From: Octopus bimaculoides
Taxonomy: Eukaryota
DNA length: 64,000 bases
Direction: 5' to 3'
Assembly (NCBI RefSeq): GCF_001194135.2
Contig: NC_068981.1
Span: 41,474,748 to 41,538,747 of the forward strand
Shown here: positions 38,919 through 54,900 of the stretch, one piece after another
Layout: each line of letters opens with the position of its first letter
Numbering within the stretch: the first letter of the stretch is position 1
The notes under the pieces: model-generated
The model's input: the letters and a program-made list of their open reading frames with translations, nothing else
The model's database searches: none
Told to the model about the DNA's origin: nothing
Position numbers and translations under genes: made by a program

Positions 38919-41900
38919 CACATACACACACACATCAGACTACTTCCAGTTTCTCCTCAACCAAATTTACTCAAGACTTTGGTCAGCCTGAGGATTATAG
39001 AACAGGATACATGCCCAAGGTACCACACAGTGGGACTGAACTCAATACCATGTGGTTGGGAAGCAAACTTCTTACCACAGAGCCACAATTGTGGTATGGT
39101 TTCTATGGCTGGATGCCCTTCCTTAAACCAACCACTTTACAGAGTGCGCTGGGTGCTTTTTACGTGCCAGCAGCACGGGTCCGTTAACATAGCACTGGCA
39201 CAAGTGCATTTTATGTGACACCAGTGGATGACAACACTTTTACTGAAGGGTACATTCTGCTATGAGTGGATGAATCTTCTGTAGCATTACATATCACCAG
39301 TCAATACATTCCTTTGACATCTTAATGACATGTAACATCCTCGGGTCAGCCATCACCACTTCATCTCAAATTTTCCTTGGTCTCCCTTTTTCACAAGTTC
39401 CACTAACTTGGAATGCCTGGCACTTTTGTATACAGCCATCATCTTCCATATGCTTCACATACCTGTACTGGCACAGCCTCCTCTCTTGCATACTACATTT
39501 GATTCTTCTTATACCCAGTTTTTTTTCCTTAGTTCATTTGTACTCTGGCATACATGCACACTAACATTAAATATATATAGAGCATGCTAGTTTTATTTCT
39601 TTCTAGTCTTTGTAAATCTTCTTCATTTAAAGCCCATGTTTCAATATTATGCAGCATTGCAGTTCTAGCACAAGCATCGTACAATTATGCAGAATGTGCT
39701 CATGAACAACACTACATTTATTTAATGATTTTCTCATCACTATTTTGGTAAGTCTATGCTTTGCTGCAGAGATCTAATAAGATCAAAATAGACTAAAGTT
39801 GTTTTCACATCTAGATTGTATAACTAAAAATAATATTAGCCATTGACTAATATTATCTTTCTCTCATCAAATATCATCATTTTAACATCTACTTTTCCAT
39901 GGGTCAGATGGAATTTGTTGAAACAGATTTTAACAGCCAGATGCCCTCACAGCATAATTACTTCAAATTGTTTTTTCTATGTTCTTTGCATAAAATATGG
40001 TAGCACTGACTTACAATACATTAGATTGTTTGCTATGATAAATAATAGAGTAAAGAATGAAGTAGTAAAATTTTAAAGATAGCCATGACACCGACAGAAA
40101 ACATAAACCAAAATGTCATCATACCTGTCACACATAACAACAAGATGATCCTCAGAAATACTGTAAATGTATCCTCTACAAATAACAATCTGTTGTTTGT
40201 CTTCAACACTAATTGCAACACTGTCATGAACATTCAATCCAACTGTATTAATGGGTTCAAAAGACTGATGTAAGCTGGAAAACAAAAACAAAATATCCAT
40301 CATAATCATTTCCTTGATAGCAACAGCAATTACACAAATTAGCTAACAATATTTTTTCTAACTTGATTCTTAGATGCTGTCATCATCATCATCGTTTAAC
40401 ATCTGCTTTCCATGCTAGCATGGGTTGGACGATTTGACAGAGGACTGGCGAACCAGATGGCTCCAATCTGATCTGGCAGAGATTCTACAGCAGGATGCCC
40501 TTCCTAATGCCAACCACTCCGAGAGTGTAGTGGGTGCTTTTTTGTGCCACCGGCACGAGGGCCAGTCAGGCAGTACTGGCAATGGCCACACTCAAATGGT
40601 GTTTTTTTACGTGCCAGCTGCACAGGAGCCAGTCCAGCGGCACTGGCAATGACCTCGCTTGAATGTTTTTTCACGTGCCACCAGCACAAGTGTCAGTAAG
40701 GTGACGCTGGTAACGATCACGCTCAAATGGTGTTTTTTATTGTATTTAATTCTATTTCAATCCAGATCAGTGATTTTCAAATGGTGCACAGCAAAGGAGT
40801 ACCTAAGTGAACTGGCTGTTTTAAACTATAATATAAGGCTTAAGAAAATCCAAACTAATGCTTGAGCATCTTGTTGAGTAATGAAGACAAACCAATATTA
40901 CAAACTGGAACCAAAGGAGCTAATTATGAAACCTGTAATAAAACAACAATCTTACTTGGAATATGGGTGTCTTTTAAACGAGTTGAGAAATTTTTCTGTG
41001 TCAGGGAGTGTTTGAGAGCCACAAAACTGGAGGTTGCTAATACATTCCCCTTTTTTTTCTCTGAAATACATAAAGAAATAACATTACATAACCAACTTAA
41101 AAGAGAAATAAGATAAATATAATTATTTAACTCTTTCAGCACCAATTACTTGAAATCACTTCTGGCTATTATATAAAACTTATGTTCATATTTAAGCTAA
41201 AACCCCATCATAATTTTATGTAAGGCCAATTATTTTGTTAATAATAATAATAATAAATAATAATAATAATAATAATAATAATATGCTCAGGTGCACTACA
41301 ACTGATCAGACAAGAGGCAGTACATAGAAAAATGCACAGAAAGTGAACAGTGAATGAGTCATTAATAAAAAAGGTGAGGTGGGGAGATCAGGTGTACTGA
41401 TAGCAAATTTCAGGAAGCATGAAAGATTTGAAGAATGTAGTGTCCCAACAACTAAAAACTGATAAGAGTAGTTTATCCCATGCTTCAGCAATTCTGAGTG
41501 TGAAAAAATGTTTTTGAAAGTCATGGGTGTTGTGCTGTATTTTGATTTTGTAAGAATGTCCACAAGTGTTAGACATATGGAATTCAAAAGGGTGCCCAAG
41601 GTTGTTATTGGAAAGATGGTGGGTAATCTTGTGTCAACAAAGTCAGTTGCTAGATGTCAGAGCTGAATGTGAGCATGCCCAGGGAAGTAAGACATTCAGA
41701 GTATGGCAGATATTCATCTGGTTGCATATTTCTGAACAGTTTCCAGGAAATTGATATGCCGAGTAAGATATGGGGCTCCAGACTGGTGATATGTTTCAAA
41801 TCAACTTAAGTACAGGAAGATGTCACACAGAATGATTGGCATAACAGTGTCCTCATCAACTACTACAAGAGTGAAGAGAGAAATCTACAATGGTATCAAA

Positions 41901-44900
41901 CTGATGGACTAGGTTGTGAAAGTTACTGGAAGAGTCAAAGCTTAACTGATTAGGAAGAGAATTAGCCAAGATGACATGCAATTTAGAGATACCATGATGA
42001 AATGTACTCAGTGCATTCTGCTGCTACAGTTACAATGACAACACAAGCCCTGAATTAAACATTGAAAAATAACTGGTCTTATACCTAGGTAAAAAATATA
42101 AATAATTGTAACAAACCTGTCAATGCCAGTTGAGCACCATATATCACGGATCCCTTCGCCATGGATACTGCTTTGTTTTTCAAATTCAATCATGATACAC
42201 CAGCGAATGAAAAAAATAATATGTGACTGGCTTAAATGAGATAAAGATATTTGGTGAAGTTCTTTACGGTTTTTAGTCATGTTCTCAACATCTGAAGAAA
42301 AACTGGAAAGATACAAACAGTACAATAAAATTCAGAATACTCAGTGGTATAAAAAATTTACAAATTATGCATTTAAAAAGCAAAATATGCAAACAAGATG
42401 CTCTTGAGCTGGCCTTTCTCCTCAACAAACTTTTCAAACTTTCTCTCCTTATAAGTACAAAGGAATACAACAAATGGCAAAACATGTGAGACAAGTGTTG
42501 GAAAAGACCTATTCAACATATTTAAGCATGGAAAAGTGAATGTAAAAATGACAAATTCAATTAAAAATTAACTTACTTTTGATAAATAGAGCAGCTTAGA
42601 AGATGGGGACATTTACTACAAGCAGACACATTGTTGATGGGCTCAGGTAATTTACCAAGAAGTTTTGATAAATCCTCTGGAAGTGAATTTTCTCTAAGTA
42701 AACTGTTTTGTATATAATACAAAATCTCATTTCTGAGCTGGATTAATCCTGTTAATGAAAAAACAAAAAAACAAAATGCAACCAGTGAAATTTTTCAAGT
42801 GTAAATATATAAAAACATTGGTGTTTGTAAATTTTTTTTTTCTGTTTGTAATCAATTTGATCCTATTTTTAAAAACGATTCCATATTCCTGTATATGAAC
42901 TATCATCATTTAACATCCATGTTCCTTGCTGGTATGGACTGGATGGTTTTACAATGGCTTGACTGTCTACTATAACATGGTTTCTACAACTAAATGTCTT
43001 TCCTAATACCAACCGCTTTACAGCATGTACTGGATGCTCTTTTGGTGCTACCAACACTAATGAGGTCACCATGCAACTTGCAAGACAACAAGACTTTATG
43101 CTACAACACGAGGGAATTAAAGTATGACAGAATAGAACAGGTTTTTTGTTGTAGAGGGGATACATGGCTAGCCATATTAAAGGGTGTAAGGTGATGAGGT
43201 GTTTATGTGAACTCTCAAAAGTAAGAGGAGAGTAAAAATGAATGGAGGCAAAAGAACTGGAAGTGTGGGTGAGTGAAGGTAACTAGGACATATAGGAGAG
43301 TGAGAGATAGGGAATGGACAAAGAGGTGAATATAATGAATGAGCAAGTGTTGAATGATAAGTAGGAGAGGTAGGGAAGAATAGGTGAAAACTGTAGAGAC
43401 TGGATAGGGTTGAGGAGTGGATATAGTGAATGGTGAATAAAGGGTAGGAGTGACTAATGATGCATGAAAGTAATTCAGTAGTCTGTTGAAGAGAGAGAGA
43501 GAGAGGGGTGACAGGAGGTTGGGCAGTTGTGAGTGGAGGGAGAAGAGAAGTAGGTGTAGTGCATGGGGAGAGTGAGTCTCTATAGTAGTGAAGGTAAGAT
43601 GATATGGCGGCTTGGGGTGCATGACAATATTAAAGATGAAAGATGGATACCAAGTGAAATGGTTGAAGGTAGTAAGAAAGATTAGCCAATATCAAGGAAA
43701 AGTTGCATTTAGGGAGATGAAGGGCAATGGGGGTGACTTGGTGGAAGGAATTGGACAAGGGGCCCAGTTGTGTGAGTGTGTATACACACAAACACACACA
43801 CACATGCACAGTGTTTCCAGAACTTAGTTCCACTGAGTTGGGTAGGTCTTCTAGAGAATTGCATATCACTAATCACCTTGGTCTTTTGTTATCTCCTCTG
43901 AGAAGTTCAAGATCCTAAAAGTATTGATTATATTGTTGTGCTACTTTGATATTTGAAAACACATAACCAGAACAACTTAGCCATGCTTTCAGCTTGTTCA
44001 ACTTAGCCCTTCATGACAATGTCCCAACATGGTTGCAATTCATATCCACTTTCTGACAGATGGTCAAGCTTGTGCAGTGGAGACCTCAATTTTTCTTGGC
44101 CACCACACTACAGTCCCTGCTCACTAAGATAACTTCCCACAAGTGCAAGCCCCATGAGTCAGAATGGTTGTTCCAGCACATCTCTCTCACCATCCTCTGG
44201 AGTAATGCCTTTTCCATTTTGTCTGCTGGGACCACGAGGCAGACCGACAAATCTTTTTAGTTATAGCTGTTGTAAAGGGTAATTGTGGTAAGTGGAAATC
44301 AACTTCAGCTTTGCTGTTATTTGTGCATTTCAAATTCCTTCACCTCTCAAAAACATACCCCTTCTTTCTAATTCCTAACTAATATAACTGAAACAAGTAA
44401 AAGAATAAAAATAAACTGAATGAAACTTAATTTTTTAGATTGAATCATAAAAACATAATCTACCATACTCAAGAACTAAGTCTTGGGATTATCAACCAAA
44501 ATCTATATAGTTATTTCAAATGTTATGTTATAGTTCTATATTTTAGATTGGTCAGCAAAGTAAAATTAATCTTTAGATCTGTAATGAATAATAATGAATA
44601 CATTTGGTTAATTACTGTTATACCTCTTTTATTTTGATGTTCAGCTGAAACAGGACTCATGTTTGGTTGATCTTTCAAGTAAAGAAGTAAACCCTCTTTT
44701 GGATCTTCTCGGCGATCAGACATCATCATAGTGTACAAAGTAACCTGGAATAGAGACAAAAAATTAAACAATGGAAGGTAGAGAAAATACCTTTATTGAA
44801 AATCAGTAATTCATTTAATTGCTACTTAATACATTTTTCTACTTGTTTCTAGACTTAAAATTTCCTTCAGCTTGTGTAACCTAATACATTAAGGTATTTT

Positions 44901-47900
44901 CTCATCAAAATATGTGCTGAGAACTTAGTCTATTCAAGACAAACAAGTAAAAGAAAAACATAAGATTAAAAAAATAAAAGAAATGCAAATAATTCAACAA
45001 CTTTTGCAATGTAAAATACAATACAAATACAACAAACAAGAATATTTGTCTAAGAGACAATGAAAGAAATCATAAGAAACTATACCTATATCTTTTCTCA
45101 GGTGCTTAGAGCACAGTTTTGCAATTAATTTAATTAGTTACCAGCATACGTACTGTTATACAAATTAGAATCTCCAGTTTGCTGATATGATAATATTTGA
45201 TGAACTTATTATTGAGACTATAGTAGAAGACATTTGCTCAAAATGCCACTCAGTGGAAGTGAACCTGAAACCACATGGATATGAAGCAAGTTTGTTAAAC
45301 AAACAGTCATGCATGGCTACAGTGCTACAAAGATTAAATATATTACCTGGCCTTTATGTTCAGCAGAAAAAGAAGGATTTCCAGTCTTCAATTCAAGGGG
45401 CACTACTTTCCTTTTTAAATTGTGTGTCTGTTGTTAGATAATAATATATAATTTAAATATTAGTTGCAGAAAGAGTATCTGAATTTTCAGTATTATCCTG
45501 ACACTCCACCAGAATAAAGATTATATAAAGACAGAAAGAAAATATACTTTTAAAGTTGAGTACAAGATAAGAGAGACAGCAAGAAAATAGACCAACAATT
45601 TGGAATGAATAGCAATCGCAACAAAGTCATGCCGATGCTGGACTTTGCTGGTTCTAGTAACATCCAGTAGTTTCTAGTTCTGAGCTTTGAACAAACTTAT
45701 GAATGCTTCAGAATATGTTTCGGAATATTTCTAATATGTATGAGTACAGTAATATTGGTCTCAAATTTTGGCACAAGGCCAGCAAGCTCAAGAGAAGAGG
45801 TAAGCCAATTACATCAATGCCCCCGAAAGATGAAAGGCAAAGTTGACCTCGGTGGAATTTGAACTGAGGAAGTAAAGACAGATGAAATGGCGCTAAGCAT
45901 TTTGCTTACATTACAAAGTGTTTCAATATGGGGATGGAAACCAATTAATTGCCATGAACCAGCTCATTTTTTAACATTTACATCATAAATATATAGTGAA
46001 AGCAGGAAATGTTTCAACAAGTTGAGTTATGCTGACCATATAGCTAAGTGTTCAAGTTTTCTTTACTTATAGCCTTTGTTCCAGCGCCAGGTTAGTCTGA
46101 AAACACAGAAATCAATGTGATCACAGGTGTTCCAGCTGTAACAATATACTTTTCATGCACAGTGATCCCAGATATATTATATCTAGAATTACACTGTCCA
46201 CTGCATCTTTTAATACGGCATGGTGATTTAGCTGCTATTGTTTTCAAGGCACATAACTCTATTAGAGTTCAATTATTCTGCCAACAGGTTTATGCAATTA
46301 ACACTAATGTCATCTGTAAATATAAAAAAAAACTGACACAAGAAAACAAAACCCACCTTTGCTTGCTTGAAAATGCATGCATTTAAGACTTGACTTAGAT
46401 CTGTCATGAACCTTAGAACTCATAAGGCTAGAGCCTAACACAGTTTCTCTAGCATATAAGTGTCAGATTATAATACACCCCTTAAACAAGATGCTGGTTC
46501 ATCACAGGGTTAACTGCCCAGCTAATTCTGGAACTCATTTACAGCCGAGTGGACTGGAGCAATCTGAAATAAATTGTTTTGCTCAAGAGTACAATGCAAT
46601 GCCCAATCTGGGAATCAACAATTTTACAATTGTGAATGCAACAGTCTAATCACTAGGTCACACACCTTCAAAAAATGCAAGCCAAAAAGAAAAAAATAAG
46701 AGGTATGTGTTTAAATAATATAAAAAAATTTATATTACATATGTATATGTTTATCTATGTAGTATAGAAAGGTTAATAAATATTTAACAAAACACCTATA
46801 ACTATTTTAACTTACTTTGATTTCCACAGTGAGATCAATTTTTCCTTTCAAACCAAACCTACAGAGAAAAAAATTGTAAAGTTCAGAAATAATCTTTTAC
46901 AGGTTTTGGTCATAAGATTGTGGCCATGCTGGAGCACTGCTACTGTTAGTTTAAGTTAATTATATTGACCTCAGTACTTTGTCGGTTAATTATTTTATCA
47001 TCCTAGGAGGACAAAAGACAGAGTCAACTGGACATAAAGAGACATAACTAAAATGGATTGGAACCATCATTTTAACATCCACTATTCCATACTTGCACAG
47101 ATCAGGTATTTATTGAGGCAGTCTTTCAACATCCAGATGCCCTTCCAGTCACCAACCCATAGCTATTTCCAAACTAGGTAATATTTCCCCATGGCCAGAC
47201 ATGTTTCTGCAGAATATTGAGCGTGGCCGTTGCCAGTACCGCCTGACTGGCTCCCGTAGGATTTTCGAGCGAGATCGTTGCCAGTGCCCCTGGACTGGCT
47301 TGTGCGGGTGGCACATAAAAGACACCATTTCGAGCGTGGCCGTTTTCGTGCGGGTGACACGTAAAAGCACCCACTACACTCTCTGAGTGGTTGGTGTTAG
47401 GAAGGGCATCCAGCTGTAGAAACTGCCAAATCAGACTGGAGCCTGGTGTTGCCATCCGGTTTCACCAGTCCTCAGTCAAATCGTCCAACCCATGCTAGCA
47501 TGGAAAGCAGACGTTAAACGATGATGATGATGATGATGATGAATGACACTGCTTGTATGTCAGTGACACTCATTTACAATTAACATGCAATATCAAGATA
47601 CACACACACACACAGAATGGGCTTCTTTCAGTTTCTATCTATCAAATCCACTCACAGGATCTGGGTAGACCAGGTCTGTAGTGGAAGACATTTGCTCAAG
47701 ATGCCATGCTGTGGAACTGAAACCATTTGGCTGGGAAGCAAATTTCTTAATCATACAGCAATGTCTGCACCTATAATATTGTAAGATATTGTCATTTGGC
47801 TCACCAATTTTGTGATTCTATTCTGATACACATTATATAAACTCATCATCAGTGTCCTTTCTGCTGTTTACTTAACCATTATCCATATTGGCATAGGGTT

Positions 47901-50900
47901 AAGCAAGTTAGGGGTCCAAGTCAGATCTTACTTGGATACTGCCCTCTTAGACAGGTCAGAGACAACATCCCACTAGCATGTTCCATTTCCACCAATACAT
48001 ATCTGACAGATTTCTACACTGTTTCTGTCTCCCAAATTTCACTGACAAGGCTATAGTAGAAGATGCTTTCTTAAGATGTTGCATAGAGCTTTCAAGCCTC
48101 TAAACCATGCAGATTGTCTGTGTCTATTATTAAGTAACTTAAAGAAATTACCAATTTTCCAAAGAAATACTCCCCAAAATTTTCAGCCTGTGACTGATTT
48201 TTAGTTATATTAGCTTAATTTTTCATAAGAGACATCATCATCCTCCTAATAAACACTTTCTTTGTACTGGTGAATTATTTAAAGTTTAGTCACAGGAGGA
48301 AGAGCAGTGCCTATTGAATTTTTCAGGGCCTCCAAAACTGACAATGGTGGAAGAACAAAGAAATTGTCCTCATACTGAAGACATGTTCTTTGCATTTAGC
48401 AATGTTATAAATCAGTGAAGCTAAGGCTGTATTGCCTTAACGAAAATGCTTTTTAGGTATATTAAATATTCATATGAAATAATTGAATATTTGAACAATT
48501 TCTTATCTTAATTAGATATCTTGATTAAGTAGTGAAAAAGGTAGATTTTTGATTTTTGACAGAGAATGTATGTAGCATATCTTTTCTCCACAATTCTGAC
48601 TGGTTATCTTTTAAATATAAAGATTTTTATTTCTTTGGGCACAAAGGAAGAGTTCATAGCCAATTGAAGCAATCACAGTAAACTACTGACACATATAAGA
48701 GGTGGTATCAAAAAGTTCCTGGACTGGTTCTGTAGTGTGCCAACAGATGGCAGTACATGGATATGTGCAGTGAGTGCTAGCAGTGACCATCATGAGGCAG
48801 TGTGTCAAGTGACACTGCTGTGTGAAATGCATTTTTGTGATCACATGTATGCTGTAATCTACAATTTTTGTCATGAACAGGAAGTTTGAACAAAGTGTCA
48901 ACATGAAATTTTGCATTAAACTTGGGAAGTCTGCTACAGAGACATTGAACATGCTTCGGCAAGCTTATGAAGAGGCAATGGGTCATATGCAATGTTTCGA
49001 GTGGCATGGGCACATGACAGAGCCACAGCCCAATCAAGAGTATACTCATCATTTCTTCAACATCTGTGGTATTGTGCATCAAGAATTCGCCCCCACCCCT
49101 GGACCAGATCGTCATTCAAGAGTTCTACTGTGACGTTTTGAAGCGTTTGAGGGAGGACAGTTGGCAAAAGCGACTGGATCTTTGGAGCGTGAAGAATTGG
49201 ATTCTTTATGACTACACTGAGCTCTCCTCACTTGTGAGTTTCTCACCAAAAACATGGTATCGCTTCCACACCCACCCTAGTTGCCAGATTTAGCACTTGC
49301 AGGCTTCCATCTCTTCCCCAAGATGAAAATGCAGCTCAAAGGTTGCCGTTTTAATACTATTGTCAAGATCAAGAGTGAATCACAGAAGGTCCTCAACTTG
49401 TTCACAGATAATGGCTTCCAGGCTGGATTTAAAAAGTGGCAGGAATGCTGGGACCAGTGTATTGCTGTACAAAGTGACTATTTTGAAGGAGATGATGTTA
49501 AAACTTAAGTAAATAAGTTATTTTTTATTAAACATAACTAGACCAGGAACATGTTGATACCACCTCATATTAAGAAGGAATCCCACAAAAATGAAAAAAA
49601 GGACTCCAATAGGATTTGACTGCCATTGCCACCACCTAACATCTGCCTGAGTTGGAGAGTTCAACAGAATGCAACAAGTCAGAGGACTACAGTGTTCAAA
49701 AGCTAGATTTCAACAGCTAGATACCCTTCTTGATGCCAACCATATTACAGATTGTACTGGATGTTTTTTTCTGTAATACCAACACTAGTACAGTCACTTC
49801 GCAACTAGTGAAACTGAAGAACCTATAGTAACCTCTAAAACTGAAAGAGAATGAGAGAGAGAGTTTGATTTTAAGCAAGGTTATGAAAGAGAGTAATGTA
49901 TAAGAGGAACAGATTTATAGTGTGAGAGGTTGGTAGTGGAAAGTTACAAAGTAGATGAAGATGATGATGAGTTATCCTTTATTATGTTATTTAAAAAAAA
50001 AAATCAATTCATTTAAAAAATGAAAAGAAGGAAAACTGGAAGAAATACAATGTAAAGTGAAGGAGAGAGGCAAGAAATGATAACATGATCCATAAAGTAT
50101 TATTCCAAGGTAGCTTAGCCAAACTTACCTGGGTGACCAAATATTTTCTTCAATATCACAGACAGACGTAACTATAGTTCTACTGACATCACTACCACTG
50201 AATTAAAAGATACACAGATAAATAGCATTACAAAATGATAGGGACAAATTTCAAAATCAGATCCATTATTTATATGAGTCTGTATTGACTATTTTTTTTA
50301 TTGCATTTACATCTGAATAAAAAGATGAATTTTCAAACTCAGCATTAACTGATACTCTATTAATAGCTTTCATTTTTTTTATGGTTCATAGAGTAATTCT
50401 CATTACTATATTCCCAAACAAAACTGTCAAGCCACAACAATGATAGGTCTATTTTTTTCAATGGAAAGAGCATTGGTAGTGATCATTCATATGTGTTTGT
50501 ACATAAATGTGAGGATGGTCAAACATCAGATTCTCTATATACAATAACATCTAGTCTGTTATACAATTGTGTATGTACAGCAGGGCTTGACTAATGAAAT
50601 AATACATATTTGATACAACATTTTCTTTATTAACCACCAAGAGTTCACAAAAGCATAAGGGATAGTTGTAACATGTTGCTAACAACACATGCTTGGTATA
50701 TAAGTTGTTTGGTAATTGTATCATCTATGCTATTACCAATATATTTATTACTTAAACATATCAATGCAAATAGCTCACCAAGAGATTTTAAAACATAAAT
50801 GATGCTTTACTGAGAAAACAAAGATTCAATGATATTAATTTGTCGTCAACATCATTACAGCAATCTTCTACTTCAATTTAAACTGAATATACAATTCTTA

Positions 50901-51868
50901 CCTCTGTTGCTTCATAAAATCTGTATGATGCTCAATCCATTTCACAATATTTGGAATATATTTTAAAACTGCTGCCAGCACCACAGATTCATCAGTACCA
51001 AGACCATAACTAGAAAAAAACAAAAGAAGCAACAATCATTTACAGAAACAAGGTTGAGTTCTATAATAAAATGTGGTTGTTCTTCAATACTGCTTCTATT
51101 TTCTCTTGCTTGCACATTTTTTTAAACCCTTTAGCATTTAAACCACCTATATCTGGCCCAGATATTCTACCATGGACAACGGACATTAAATGATGATAAT
51201 GAACTTTACTCCACAACTCTGTTCATAATATTCATATATATATTTCAAGTATATTCATAATACTTATATATATTTCAAGCATTACGTTTATCTACTACTT
51301 GAAGCCAAGCATTTTAGAATGAGCCTAATTTAGATCTAACTTATATAATTTATAGTCTGAACTGCTAATTGCAATTAAACCTTTAAAATTATTAAACAGA
51401 ATTTTGATAATTTCCAACAAAGCATAAGGCCACACACTGAGGTGGAAGAGCACAGCCTCTTATAACTACACCAATATTGCACCAGTTCTTATTTTACTGA
51501 CCCACTAGTAGATGAGAGGACAAGTTGGCTTAGGTGGGATTGAAAATCAAAAGGCAAAGAGGTGTAACTAAACACTACATGGCATTTTGTCTGCTACTCT
51601 GCTAACCAGTCTTTAAAAAGGATTGGTTAATACTCATCTCAGAAAGGTTAAAAAGATAAACACAAACATATGGTTATAGTTCAGTATATAACTGGCCTAA
51701 GTTCAATCATTTATATACTCAATAAAGTCTATGAGTTTAAACACGCTCATATGTCTTCGAAAGAAGAAAATCTAGATTTTTTCTTAAGCATATCAACTTA
51801 TCCAAACTCATGAACTCTACTGTACAATACAAAAGAACCACCACAGGTTTCCCTGAACCCAGTTTTTT

Positions 51869-51912
<44 letters not shown>

Positions 51913-54900
51913 NNNNNNNNNNNNNNNNNNNNNNNNNNATGCTGTATCATATTTTCTAGATTAATAACAGGCATTTTATAACTTTAATCCCAATATTTAT
52001 GAAAATGTCTAGATTTTTAAAAAATAGTAAAATAGATGTTGGGAATTACTACCGCAAGGATATAAGTAGAAGCTTCAAACAGTATAAATTCTTACATTTC
52101 ATGTAGAATATATTTCCTTTTCATAATTGATTTGGTTAATAATATAATTTCCTTTTCTTTGAAAATTTTATTTCTTAAAACCTGGAGAAAATAAAAGGTA
52201 TAACTCAAAAAAAAAAAAAAATTATGGCATATAAAAATAAAGAAATAGCAGACAGTTTATATATGAACATAAAAGATTCTTGTAGAGTATATTGCTGTAA
52301 ATTATTTCAAGGAAGAATAAGTCTAACACAGATTTCCAAAATTCTTTTCATATATATATATATACATACATAGTCAATATTTCGCTACATGTAATCAGAC
52401 TCCAAAGAATAAACAAAGATGATCATTAGTTAAAAAGTTCATCCTGGACTTTTCAGACTTGTAGTAGATAGTTGAAATTTAATTTGAACATTTGTAAAAG
52501 TGGGTAGGAAGGAGATGTATTAGATGGAACACAGCTTGTTAGTTTAGAAGTAAAGTAATGTTGTAGTAAAGGTAAAAACACAGAGGGAGATATTATAGTG
52601 TATTGGTGTGCTTGTGGTTGTCGTGTATGATGGTTTACCAATCAGTCACATGGCCTTCGTTAAATACAGTATAGAAAGTTTGCACATATAAAAGTTGTGC
52701 CTTCCCAGATATGTGAACAGCAATCTATTGCAGGGCCCATTTCAACCTTGTTGAGGATCAGCAGGTGTTCAAAGCTGCAATGTCTTCTAGCATACAAAAC
52801 AACTAGACTTTAGTATGTTATGGGTATATTAAAGGTGTGGTTACCACATGAGAGATCATCAGACTTTGTGGAGCAAAGCATTAATAAAGCATGCAAAAAT
52901 TTTAGTTGTGTTGATCATGAGTGAAGCAGGTGTTGTGCTATGGATAGGGTGCTAAAAGGCACAGGCATGACTATGGTTAAGAAGTTCACTCCCCAACCAT
53001 ATAGCTTTGGATTCAATCCCACTGCATGACAGCTTGAGCAAGTGTCAGGGGAGCCTCTATATGGTTTGCAGCTTGTTAGAAATAGCAGCCAAATCTCCTC
53101 ATACCATATTCAATATTTAAATTATAAAAAACAAAAAAAATCATTGGATAATGTAGTCTTAGATAAAATAAAATAGAATGTTCACTGTTGGAGTGCCTTT
53201 GATCATTAGTCTATTTGATATGAGCTGACCTGGGACCTATCAACAAAACTCAGATTTCCCATTATCGTAAAAAAATGATGGGTGATGGGTCTAACTGAGG
53301 ATGTCTCATTCCATATATACCTTTCACATGCATTTCTAAAAGTTTCATATTTCTTCAATTCTAATTCTATTTTCCCTTCAAAGTTACAAATTCATTCAGA
53401 TCCTGCAGTAATATACCCATTTCTCATTGAACTTCTTCCAAAAGCATATTCTAAACAACATATTTTCCCTTATAAAATCAATAAATCTAGCCTCGAGTCA
53501 GATAACCTTCAGCCTTCTGGAAGAATGCATTAAAAACCTGTTTACATTTTATTTCTTTCTTTAACACTTAAAATTATATTTTCATAATAAATGTGCCTTT
53601 CAAACACAACTTTTATTGCTTAATCTAGCCAATAAAAGTCTGTATTTCAAACGGCAATAGTTTTTTTTTATTATTATGATTAACAGATTCTAAAGCTAGA
53701 GTGTTCTAGAAATATTTAGAAAGCTCACTTCATAGACATTCCAATTCTGAAGCTGACAAGAGTTTTAAAAAATATCAACTGTACTACATTTAACTGCCTC
53801 TTTTCTTGCTGTTTTTTACAAGTTGACTAAAAAAATAGATTACTATTATCGACTCGTGAAAAGAAATTTATACATCATCATCATCTTTTAACACCTGCCT
53901 TTCCATGCTTGCATGGGTTAGATGCAATTCATTGCAACAGATGTCAATCTTGTTGCCAGCCTTCAGGTAATATTTTCCTATGGTAGGGTAGTGGACTGGC
54001 AGAATTGACAGCATGTCAGGCAAAATGCTTAGTGGCATTTCGTCTTGTCTTTACATTCTGAGTTTGAATTCCACCAGGGTCGATAAAATCAGTACCAGTT
54101 GAATACTGCGGTCAATGTAATCGACCTACTCCCTTCCCTGAAATTGCTCGCCTTGTGCCAAAATTTGAAACCAACATTTCCTTCATGGTGGATATGCTTA
54201 TATGGAACACTGAAATGAAAGACACCACTTGTACAAGTGATGCTCATTTACAAAAATCACACAATGTCCAAACAACACACACACACACATGTATTAACAC
54301 AGTGGGCTTCTTTCAGTTTCCATAAACCAAATCCATTCAAAAGGTTTCAATTGGTCCAGGGCTCTAGTGGAAGACACTTGGGCAAGTGTCTGGAAAGTAA
54401 ACATTTTAACTATACAGCCATGTCTGCACTTTTATTCAAGTAATTAGAAGCAGTGTGTAATCATAGAAAATAGTAAACCCTTTTCTTCAACTGAATTATT
54501 TCTATTTCCTTAGTCAAACTCTGTCCCAGATACTGTTGAAATAGTAATTTTTACACAATTCTCTCTCTTTATTTTCATTACAAACTGAAACCACCATTGT
54601 TTCTTCTAAATATTACAAGTAATGTTTTGAAGCATTAGGTATTTTCTTCATCCATCTCTGACTTATTCATGAAGCAAAGAAACATACAAAACAATCTAAA
54701 GTATACAATACAATGAAAGAAAATTAGTGAATAAAATGCTATATTGAAAGACAAAGCACTAACCTCTTGTAAAAGACAATGCACAATACTCCCATATAAC
54801 ATATGCAAGTTTCCTTTGTCAATTCCCTGCAAATAAATATAAATATATTTATCAAAATAAAACTAATTTTTCACCAAAGTCACTCTAAAACAAACTGTCT

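Noticed and set aside
38744-39187. 147-aa ORF with a YI repeat
   Set aside because: Artefact of a (TA)n microsatellite and SINE sequence.
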